From the NCBI GenBank assembly GCA_001761425.1, contig CP012986.1, positions 810,001-842,000 on the forward strand: a stretch of 32,000 nucleotides of DNA, in the 5' to 3' direction. This stretch comes from Candidatus Saccharimonadota bacterium. Lineage in GTDB: Archaea; Nanohalarchaeota; Nanosalinia; Nanosalinales; Nanosalinaceae. This document shows, in pieces, positions 17,282-24,436 of this stretch. The notes below the pieces were generated by a model, which saw nothing but the letters and a program-made list of their open reading frames with translations, had not been told where the DNA came from and ran no database searches. Made by a program: the position numbers and the translations under genes. Positions within the stretch are counted from its first letter, which is position 1, and each line of letters begins with the position of its first letter.

Positions 17282-17530
17282 ATGAGTTCACTGGGTGGAG
17301 GCGGAGGCCTCAGGGAAAAAATCGAAGGTTCTACCATCGTTGACCTTCTTACAGTAACGGTTCTTGCCATGGATTTCTGGCTTCTGAGAAACGCAGGCCT
17401 CGGCGGATTCAACTCGCCCTCCTCATTGTTAACGATTTCGATGAGCGGACAGGTAATCGCAGCACAGCTTACAGGCCTTCTGCTCGTGATCTACATTGTT
17501 GAAGCAGTTATCGACAGTTCTTCACATTAA
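17282..17530 (+). CDS. Hypothetical small membrane protein (2 TM)
   Basis: 82 aa. TM segments 'IVDLLTVTVLAMDFWLL' and 'VIAAQLTGLLLVIYIVEAVI'. A TATA-like box lies at about -28. Confidence 0.5.
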   Translation: MSSLGGGGGLREKIEGSTIVDLLTVTVLAMDFWLLRNAGLGGFNSPSSLLTISMSGQVIAAQLTGLLLVIYIVEAVIDSSSH

Positions 17531-17989
17531 CTGTTTGCCGAGACATATTTTATCTCGTATATCTCCAGGAAAGCTCTATTCTCCAGAAATTTATCCAGAT
17601 ATAACTGTCCTGGAATATTGTTCCAGGCCTTTAAACTGGTTAAACCAAATATTACAGCTTTCAAACTCTTTTTTACTGTATTAATCCATTATAAAGAGTT
17701 TACACAAATATTAGTTATCAGCAAAGACGCTGAAATAGCTTCTGGAGGAAGCAGAAGCCTTGAAATTGAATGAAGTTGGTAAAACCCGGATTGAAGCCTC
17801 TTCGAGGCCTTGAACCGTTTCGGTCCAGGGGCAAGGACCTCTATGGAGGATCTGGTTTCGGGTAGGCCTGATATAGCTTCAGCTCTGTGATACTGTGAGC
17901 TGGGTTACAGGCGGTAAAGCTAGGGATAATTGTATCCAGGCGTTCTTAAATGCGTCTGGAGTTTCAAAACCGCTTATAGAAAATTATTT

Positions 17990-17997
17990 GAGGTGAT
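17990..17997 (+). promoter_or_regulatory. Shine-Dalgarno-like site GAGGTGAT
   Basis: It is complementary to the conserved 16S 3' end (..GAUCACCUCC) and lies 5 nt before ATG 18003. Confidence 0.6.
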
Positions 17998-18002
17998 TTA
18001 GA

Positions 18003-19886
18003 ATGAATAGACGTATTTTGGCATCATTTATGGTAATAGGCCTTGTGGCTGCCGGTGCTGGATTGAGCACGACCGCTCTGTTTAATGATACAGAGACAAG
18101 TGCAGATAACCAGTTTACGGCAGGTGAGCTTGATCTCAGGGTTGACTGGGAGGAGAGCTACAATGGCGAACATGTTGAGACTCAGGAGTTGACCAATGAT
18201 CCTGGCACGATCTTCGACTTTGAGGATCTGAAGCCAGGTGATTACGGTGAGGCGACTGTGAGCCTTCATCTTGAGGATAATCCTGGCTGGATCTGGATGA
18301 AGTTGAACCAGACCTCCAACTGGGATAATGCATGTACAGAACCTGAGCATAATGCTGAGGGTACATGTGGAAGTGAAGGAGAACTTGATGAGGAACTTGA
18401 GTTCACGATCTGGAGCGACGATGGAGACAATGAGCTTCAGGAGGATGAGAAAGTGATCTTTGAAGGAACAGCAGAGGAACTTGAAGAAAAGAGCACTTCA
18501 GAGGGAATCCTTCTAGATGGAAACTCTTCCACTGAAGAGACAGAGCCTTTCCCAGGCGCAGAGACAGGTTATATCGGAGTTAAGTGGAATTTACCTCTTG
18601 ATACAGGAAACAGGATCCAGGGAGACTCTGTATCCTACGATGTGACCTTCTACACAGAGCAGAGAAGGCACAACGACAATCCAGAGAATCCGTGGAGTGA
18701 CGAACCAGAAGAGAAGCCTGGTGACGGAAATGAGTCTGACGGAGAGAAAAAGAATGAGTCAGAAAGTTTCTACCAGGTTGATCTTGTAGGCGGAGATCCT
18801 ATAGAGAACCTCTCTGAGTCCACATATCACTCTGAGGGAAGGATGCAGAGATACATCCACGGGAAGCCGGGAGACGCTATCTCCAAGGAGAGCGAATCCG
18901 ATCAGGTCAAGACAGGGACAGGAAGCGTAGACTGCGTGGACAGCGAGCCATTCACAGTCAACAAGAAACAAGACACAGCGACAGTAGAGTTTGAAGTCCT
19001 GAACAAGACACCAGAATGTGGAACAGGGACAGAGCTATCGCTAGTAAGCTACGAGAAACCATACCCTGGCTGGATCGCGGAGAGAGCAGGAGAACAGGAA
19101 ATCTTCGATAGCACAAACCACCGATTTGATCCAGGAAACCATTCGCTAACCGTCGCAATCCCAGATATCAACAACGAAACATCTGAGGATTCCGAGGAAG
19201 AACCTAAGGACTCTGACGGAGATGAATCTGAAGGTTCCGATGCCTATGTAGCGACCCAGGGATCAGAGACTGTTGAGATCAGCCCTCTCAAAGGCAACAT
19301 GACAGTCCAGGAACTCTACGATTACAGGCTTCCATCACGTTTTGACAACGAGGTCGATAACGAGGCCTTGAACGGAGCTACTTATCCTGAGGATGGGCCT
19401 TACTATGGTTCAGCCGGTACCGGTAATCTTCAACAGGCTGATACTTCCATCATGTTCCTCTACGATGGGCCTAATGGCCTGAGTTTCGTAGTGGTACATG
19501 AGGGAGGTGCTTCTGACGACGGAGGTTCAGCAACCTTTGAGATCTCTAACCTTTCCGAGTCAGGTCAGTGGGTAGTGAAAGACGATCTCTACTTCAGAGA
19601 TGACGGACAGAAAGCGAACAGTAACTACGACATCTGGGACGTCAACTCCAGCACCCATACCATTGACTGGACATGGGGCGGAGGAGGTGAAGACGGAGGT
19701 GCTTTCCAGCCAGTTGGAGAGGACTTCAGCTTCACAATTGACCCAGCCTTCAACGAAGAATCTGAACTCTACGAACAGTTCTACAACGGAGATGTTGAAG
19801 ACTGGCAGGTCCTTTCAGGAGACATGAACAACCCTGAAAGAACTTCACTCAACCTTACACAGGAAGTAACGGTTGAAGCTCAGTAA
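18003..19886 (+). CDS. Secreted TasA/camelysin (peptidase M73)-like protein with a SipW-type signal peptide and a roughly 400-aa C-terminal extension
   Basis: 'IGLVAAGAGLSTTALFNDTETSADNQFTAGELDL', 'LKPGDYGEATVSL' and 'IQGDSVSYDVTFYTEQRRHN' parallel, from memory, B. subtilis TasA 'AAFNDIKSKDATFASGTLDL', 'LKPGD' and 'YQGNSIKLQFSFEATQ'. It has many N-x-S/T sequons. Confidence 0.85.
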   Translation: MNRRILASFMVIGLVAAGAGLSTTALFNDTETSADNQFTAGELDLRVDWEESYNGEHVETQELTNDPGTIFDFEDLKPGDYGEATVSLHLEDNPGWIWMKLNQTSNWDNACTEPEHNAEGTCGSEGELDEELEFTIWSDDGDNELQEDEKVIFEGTAEELEEKSTSEGILLDGNSSTEETEPFPGAETGYIGVKWNLPLDTGNRIQGDSVSYDVTFYTEQRRHNDNPENPWSDEPEEKPGDGNESDGEKKNESESFYQVDLVGGDPIENLSESTYHSEGRMQRYIHGKPGDAISKESESDQVKTGTGSVDCVDSEPFTVNKKQDTATVEFEVLNKTPECGTGTELSLVSYEKPYPGWIAERAGEQEIFDSTNHRFDPGNHSLTVAIPDINNETSEDSEEEPKDSDGDESEGSDAYVATQGSETVEISPLKGNMTVQELYDYRLPSRFDNEVDNEALNGATYPEDGPYYGSAGTGNLQQADTSIMFLYDGPNGLSFVVVHEGGASDDGGSATFEISNLSESGQWVVKDDLYFRDDGQKANSNYDIWDVNSSTHTIDWTWGGGGEDGGAFQPVGEDFSFTIDPAFNEESELYEQFYNGDVEDWQVLSGDMNNPERTSLNLTQEVTVEAQ

Positions 19887-19908
19887 AAATTCATTTCAAG
19901 AAGGTAAA

Positions 19909-19950
19909 GGAGGAGAAAAAACTCCTCCCCACTCCTTCTCACATTTTTTT
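19909..19950 (+). terminator. Hairpin (GGAGGAG-aaaaaa-CTCCTCC) followed by a T7 run; candidate partial terminator/attenuator
   Basis: A perfect 7-bp stem at 19909-19928 and TTTTTTT at 19944-19950, between the TasA-like stop (19886) and the signal peptidase ATG (19969). Confidence 0.4.
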
Positions 19951-19968
19951 GAACAGAGGACGGGAAAG

Positions 19969-20463
19969 ATGAAAAAGAAAAACACGGCAATCTGGATCGC
20001 AGTACTAATCCTTCTGACACCTTTCATAGCCTACGGATTAGGGCCTTACACAGACCTCTACGATTCCTTCACTGTTTCATCAGGCTCCATGGAGCCCGAC
20101 ATCCCTGAAAACGCTGTAATATTCACACAGCCGGTAAGGCCTGAAGAGATCAGTAGAAACGATGTAATCACTTTCAGAGATACTTCTGATCTTTATACTA
20201 CGCACAGAGTAGTAGATGTAGTCTCCAGTGAGGAAGGCCTCAGGTTCCAGACTAAAGGCGATGCTAACGAAGATGCTGATCCAGGCCTTGTTGAAGAGGA
20301 AGAAGTTGTTGGAAAAGTTTTCCTGTCTATACCATTCATAGGGGGTATCATCTATTTTGCCAGAACTCCTACAGGTATTTTCCTGATGATCGGGCTGCCT
20401 GCTTTAGGCCTTTTACTGTGGGAATTATACGTTTTCATACGGGAAGTCAGTGATTTTTCATAG
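19969..20463 (+). CDS. sipW: Signal peptidase I, SipW/Sec11 (S26B) type
   Basis: N-terminal TM, catalytic Ser box 'SSGSMEPDI', His box 'YTTHRVVDV', 'TKGDANEDADPG', and a C-terminal TM. The track start at TTG 19873 overlaps the upstream gene; ATG 19969 (MKKKNTAIW) is preferred. Confidence 0.85.
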   Translation: MKKKNTAIWIAVLILLTPFIAYGLGPYTDLYDSFTVSSGSMEPDIPENAVIFTQPVRPEEISRNDVITFRDTSDLYTTHRVVDVVSSEEGLRFQTKGDANEDADPGLVEEEEVVGKVFLSIPFIGGIIYFARTPTGIFLMIGLPALGLLLWELYVFIREVSDFS

Positions 20464-20525
20464 GTACTGTAGTATATCTGTTTTTCTGCAACAATGGGTA
20501 TTTGTTCACAGGAATAACTGTATCC

Positions 20526-22007
20526 ATGGATATCGATTACGATGATTCAGCCAAGTTTCCAGTGAGGGAGCTTGGCCTGGCGTATCTGGACAGGGCTACT
20601 GATATCCACCCTCACACAAATTATACTGACGGAACTCAGGGCGTCCAGGATTCTATAGAGGAGGCCAGAAGCCACGGTTTATGGGAGAAAGGTGCCATCG
20701 AACACGCTAACCGTATTGATGAAGATATAGTGCATGTTACAGGTTTTCTGACAGATTTCAGCGACAATAAACAGGTCTACAGCTCCAGAGATGTCTTCCC
20801 GCTAAAGTACGAAAACTTAGAGGAGATTGCCGGAGATGACATGGATACCACGTTGCTGAACGATGCGGACAGGGAAAAACTAGGTGAAGATGTAGAGACT
20901 CTTAATAATATCCAGGAACGTGGTGAGGCCTCTTACGAGGATCTGGTGAATTACAAGATGGTTATACCTCACGGCGTGGAACTTGACTATAACCCTGCTA
21001 TAGAGCCAGTCGTAAACGGAGACGAGAGGGAAGCGGTCGAGAGCTACGAACAGGAGATCCTGGATTTCCTCAGGGATGCAGAAAGCCTTAACTCCGGGTT
21101 TAACTATGCTTTATTAAGTTCTCACTATGTCAATACTCCTTTCAGGCCTAGATACGTGAAAAAAGAAGGGCTTTTCGAGGACATGAGTTTGGATGAGAGA
21201 AAAGAGGTCCTTGAGGCCTACAGGGATAAAGAGATCTACAAGATCGATTCTCTAGCAGAGAAGATGGGTAAAATGGAGGTTCCTGCGGTCTCTGGCGAGC
21301 TGATGAGGCCTGAAGAGATGGATGAACTTGAAGAGTTTATCTACGGCCAGGAGGCTGCTGTAGAAAGTGCTGTCAGCGAACAGGTGAGTAATGAACAGAT
21401 CAGGGAACTGACTGATGAGTCACTGGATATTGAGAGGCCTGGTGTACTGGCTGTGGGAGCACATCCTACTCTGATCGAGAGAAACGAGGAGTTGATGGAT
21501 GTGTTCCGTGAGGATGAAGGCCTTGATACCAGGGAGGATATCCGGGATGAACTTGAGTCTTTTATGTATGATACAGCTCTGGAAGGCCTTGATGGTACTG
21601 ATCTTTCATCTGTTCTGGATGAGACTGTCTCGACCGGGGATGTGGATGAGGTGCTTTCGGAAGAGGATTTCCAGGCGATTTATCCTGCTGAAAGCCTACT
21701 TGATTTTTACAGTCCTATGGTGGATGCTGCGGACAGACAGGATAATTTCATCTTTGAGGTAAACGGTAAGGGAGTGGAGAGGCAGGTACCTTCTGTTTTC
21801 TGGTACATGCTTGATGAGAAAGTTTTCGGTTCCGACGCTCACAGGCCTATGGAACAGCCAGAAAGAAGCCAGATTTACTCTGAATCAGATCTTCCCGGCC
21901 ACACGGTTTTACTGAGCGAAAAATGGCTGGAACAGCTAGAGGACAGAGAAGAAGCATCGGGCGAAGACCTGGATAAAGAAATTTCAAGAGATCGAGCCAC
22001 GGTCTAG
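20526..22007 (+). CDS. PHP-domain metal-dependent phosphoesterase (HisJ-like) with large acidic insertions
   Basis: The PHP motifs occur in order: 'DIHPHTNYTDG', 'AIEHAN', 'HGVELDY', 'LLSSHYV', 'GAHPT', 'GSDAHRP'. ATG 20526 is preferred over TTG 20502. Confidence 0.7.
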   Translation: MDIDYDDSAKFPVRELGLAYLDRATDIHPHTNYTDGTQGVQDSIEEARSHGLWEKGAIEHANRIDEDIVHVTGFLTDFSDNKQVYSSRDVFPLKYENLEEIAGDDMDTTLLNDADREKLGEDVETLNNIQERGEASYEDLVNYKMVIPHGVELDYNPAIEPVVNGDEREAVESYEQEILDFLRDAESLNSGFNYALLSSHYVNTPFRPRYVKKEGLFEDMSLDERKEVLEAYRDKEIYKIDSLAEKMGKMEVPAVSGELMRPEEMDELEEFIYGQEAAVESAVSEQVSNEQIRELTDESLDIERPGVLAVGAHPTLIERNEELMDVFREDEGLDTREDIRDELESFMYDTALEGLDGTDLSSVLDETVSTGDVDEVLSEEDFQAIYPAESLLDFYSPMVDAADRQDNFIFEVNGKGVERQVPSVFWYMLDEKVFGSDAHRPMEQPERSQIYSESDLPGHTVLLSEKWLEQLEDREEASGEDLDKEISRDRATV

Positions 22008-22082
22008 GAAGTACAGAAAATCTTTCTTAAGACAGACTGCTTATAATCTAAAGTTATATTATTCCTAAACACCGGAAAAAAG

Positions 22083-22090
22083 TTTATATT
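22083..22090 (+). promoter_or_regulatory. TATA-like box (tttatatt)
   Basis: It is centred about 29 nt upstream of ATG 22116. Confidence 0.4.
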
Positions 22091-22115
22091 ACTGCTTTCT
22101 GTATTTTTACGTGTA

Positions 22116-22409
22116 ATGAACCTGAAGAAGTATTTTCTTAACGAGAAGCCTGCTGAGACTCTTGTTATGATCAACAAATCTGACCAAGAAGTATTCAACT
22201 CACTGATTTCTCGCAAAATCGATACTACCTACTCCCATACTGTGGAAATAGTACAGACCCTGGAGAAAGAAGGACTTATAGAGACAGAGAAAGCCGGAAG
22301 GAAAAAAGTCTCCACTCTTACCAGCAAAGGCAGGGAATGCGCAGAAGCACTTGAGGATTTCCTAGAGGCAATAGATTCATCAGGAAAGGAAAAAGAGGTA
22401 AAGGCCTAA
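22116..22409 (+). CDS. Small winged-helix DNA-binding protein (MarR/ArsR-like), paralog A
   Basis: 97 aa. 'ISRKIDTTYSHTVEIVQTLEKEGLIETEKAGRKKVSTLTSKG' shows an HTH plus wing pattern. It is roughly 50% identical by eye to 23337-23678. Confidence 0.75.
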   Translation: MNLKKYFLNEKPAETLVMINKSDQEVFNSLISRKIDTTYSHTVEIVQTLEKEGLIETEKAGRKKVSTLTSKGRECAEALEDFLEAIDSSGKEKEVKA

Positions 22410-22729
22410 TCCTCCATGTAATCTATTCCCTTCTCAAGAAATGCTGACTTGGCTTCTGCCCACTGTATACCAGGATAAAACTCGATTAACTCTTCGTAAA
22501 GATTAATCTGCCACCTGCTGTAGGAGAAAACATCTTCCTGAAGGTCTTCAGGATCTATCCTCGGTATCTCCTCTTCACTGACAGTGTAAAATGCAAGACC
22601 TAATCTATAGGCCTTTGAAACCACTTCGCTGACTTCTTCACCTGTTTCCTCCGAGTAATGGCTGATTCTTTTCACCAGGCCTTGTTTTATGAGGCCTGTA
22701 TCTTTGACTCTATCCTTTCTATCTCTCAT
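22406..22729 (-). CDS. Hypothetical protein, possibly ribbon-helix-helix-like at the N-terminus
   Basis: 107 aa with an ATG start and acidic composition. Its stop overlaps the stop of 22116-22409 (convergent, 4 nt). The RHH assignment rests only on pattern resemblance ('RVKDTGLIKQGLVKRISHYSEETGEEVSEVVSKAYRLGL'). Confidence 0.55.
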   Translation of the reverse strand: MRDRKDRVKDTGLIKQGLVKRISHYSEETGEEVSEVVSKAYRLGLAFYTVSEEEIPRIDPEDLQEDVFSYSRWQINLYEELIEFYPGIQWAEAKSAFLEKGIDYMED

Positions 22730-22879
22730 GGCTACATAAGGGAATCCAAAGAGGTTTAAACCATTTCAAAGGCTCATATAGAAAGGTCATGCTCCGTGTT
22801 TGTTTGTGTATGTTTGGGAAGTTTTGCGTTTATCTGGGGTCATAGGGTATTATTTATCCTTGTGTAGAATTTTGGATTC

Positions 22880-23026
22880 ATGGGAGAGTATACTACTAAT
22901 ATTGGAATCAAGAATGGGCTGTACGAGAGGCTTAAGGAGCGTAAAAGTCCTGGCCAGAGTTTTTCCGGTGTTATAGAGGAAGTACTGATGAAGGCGGAGA
23001 AGTACGATAAACTTGAGGAAAAATAG
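22880..23026 (+). CDS. VapB-like putative antitoxin (archaeal DUF217/PF02697-type pattern), 48 aa
   Basis: MGEYTTNIGIKNGLYERLKERKSPGQSFSGVIEEVLMKAEKYDKLEEK fits the family pattern T-I-x-[IV]-x4-Y-x2-L-x3-K-x4-SFS-x-VI-x2-L, recalled from archaeal homologues. It is below the ORF-track length cut-off. Confidence 0.5.
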   Translation: MGEYTTNIGIKNGLYERLKERKSPGQSFSGVIEEVLMKAEKYDKLEEK

Positions 23027-23336
23027 AGATCAGGAATCGTCGAGGAAAAAATAGTAGGAAAATTTAATGGAGGAATTCGTTTTTCTTTACTCTGATCCAG
23101 CCTTTGAGGCCTTTTATCATCAGTGTGAATCCTATTATTATCAGGAATTTACTGAGTAGACGGGAGATCCCGGACTTTTTCCTGTTTTTTCCTGATTTAC
23201 GTCTGAGAGATTTTTTCATACAGTTCTTCCACCAACTAATCTATGACTTTCCAGGGTATAATCTATTTTCTGTTGGTAGAAGAAGGTGTTGATGCACATG
23301 TATCCGCGTACATAGTAGAGATAGGGTTATCTGTGT

Positions 23337-23678
23337 TCAGAGGGTGTTGTCGCTTAGCTTTGAGCCCTGACTGCTTAGTGAGAGGCCTTCGCTTGCTCCT
23401 TCCTCCTCTTCCTCGAACATTTCCAGCATTTCGATGAACAGGTCTGCGTATCTTTCTCCTTTCTCTGTTAAAGTGAGAATTTTTTTCCTTCCCTGTTTTT
23501 CGCTCTTTATCAGGCCTTCGTCTTCGAGCTGGGAGATTATCTTGACGGCGTGGGCGTAGGTGGTGTCGATTTTGCGGGAGATTATGCTTCCATAGATCTC
23601 TTTGCGTGATTTCCTGATTGTGACCAGGGTCATCACTGGTTTTTCGTTTAGAAAGATTTCTTTCATTTTTTGGTTCAC
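23337..23678 (-). CDS. Small winged-helix DNA-binding protein, paralog B
   Basis: 'FLNEKPVMTLVTIRKSRKEIYGSIISRKIDTTYAHAVKIISQLEDEGLIKSEKQGRKKILTLTEKG' is parallel to paralog A. It starts at GTG 23678 or ATG 23666, and lies 3 nt downstream of the ComF-like gene stop. Confidence 0.75.
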   Translation of the reverse strand: MNQKMKEIFLNEKPVMTLVTIRKSRKEIYGSIISRKIDTTYAHAVKIISQLEDEGLIKSEKQGRKKILTLTEKGERYADLFIEMLEMFEEEEEGASEGLSLSSQGSKLSDNTL

Positions 23679-23681
23679 CTT

Positions 23682-24308
23682 TTATTGTTGGGTCTTGTTG
23701 AGCAGTTCTGTTGCCGTTTCCATTCCTAGTTCCTCTGTATTGTCCTCGTGTTCCAGTTCTGTACCTAGAGAGATGCTGAAGATATTCTCCGCGCCGTGTT
23801 TTTTTAGCTGGTTTGCTCCGTGGAGCATCGAAATGCCGCTGATAACTATATTGTCTACCAGTATCACATTTTTACCTTCGACATCTTCCGTCACCTCTAT
23901 GGAGTCCTCCAGGTTCAGTACTTTCTCCTTCTCGCTGTTGACCACATGGTTCTCCTTGACAGATTTAGTCCTCCTCAGAACCTGTTCAGTAGAGATACCT
24001 GTATCACCGGAGACCTCTAACAGAAGATTCCTCATGTTCGGATTCACCTCACCCTCAGAATGAGTAGGATACAACGTGATCAAGTCCCATTCTACATCAT
24101 CCTCCATGAACAGCGACTCAAACACTTCTAGAAGGCCTTCCCTGAACTCTTTCTCTATCTCCTGATCTCCGTAACTGTAAAACCAGGCCTGTTTCCGGGA
24201 GAAATCATCCTCTCCATGTGAGTGCTGATCATAGTAATCCAGCGCCACTAGCGGAACGCTCTCCTGAAAGTACCGAGACTCAAGTTTTCTGAACTTTGGC
24301 ATTGTCAT
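23682..24308 (-). CDS. ComF/GntX-like phosphoribosyltransferase-fold protein (Cys-free, atypical PRPP loop)
   Basis: 'DLITLYPTHSEG...LRRTKSVKENHVVNSEKEKVLNLEDSIEV...GKNVILVDNIVISGISMLHGANQLKKHGAENIFSISLG' follows the ComF layout. The PRPP loop reads VDN..SG instead of VDD..TTG. ATG 24308 is preferred. Confidence 0.65.
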   Translation of the reverse strand: MTMPKFRKLESRYFQESVPLVALDYYDQHSHGEDDFSRKQAWFYSYGDQEIEKEFREGLLEVFESLFMEDDVEWDLITLYPTHSEGEVNPNMRNLLLEVSGDTGISTEQVLRRTKSVKENHVVNSEKEKVLNLEDSIEVTEDVEGKNVILVDNIVISGISMLHGANQLKKHGAENIFSISLGTELEHEDNTEELGMETATELLNKTQQ

Positions 24309-24436
24309 CAACTATGAATTAACTGAAAGCCTATTTAACTAAATATATCGTAAATATCACCTATATGCTCCAGCACAGGTTTAAGGCCTTATGTGATACA
24401 TTGTAAAGTTTCTGGAAGCGTTTGAAACTCTCTGGT

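Noticed and set aside
18044-19362. A 1.3-kb stretch of the TasA-like gene without any AGGCCT. A similar 0.6-kb gap lies in the ComF-like gene (23518-24132) and a roughly 0.9-kb gap in the nucleotidyltransferase gene. I considered this as evidence of recent horizontal acquisition.
   Set aside because: The core gene ileS shows comparable AGGCCT-free gaps (about 1388-2246 and 2608-3715), so gap length alone is not discriminating in a 32-kb sample. It needs a genome-wide statistical test.
23064-23219. A 51-codon minus-strand ORF encoding a very basic peptide with one TM segment (MKKSLRRKSGKNRKKSGISRLLSKFLIIIGFTLMIKGLKGW...). I considered it as a small membrane toxin convergent with the VapB-like ORF.
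   Set aside because: It is the complement of plus-strand T-runs that are more simply terminators for the VapB-like transcript. Lys-rich ORFs arise easily in A-rich sequence, and there is no start-site context. It is worth a look only if transcript data show minus-strand expression.
23104-23292. A 62-aa TTG-initiated plus-strand ORF downstream of the VapB-like ORF, considered as a degraded PIN/VapC toxin.
   Set aside because: There is no PIN-like N-terminal acidic motif. The composition is Phe/Ile/Arg-rich and low-complexity, and the start is non-ATG with no coupling to the antitoxin ORF.
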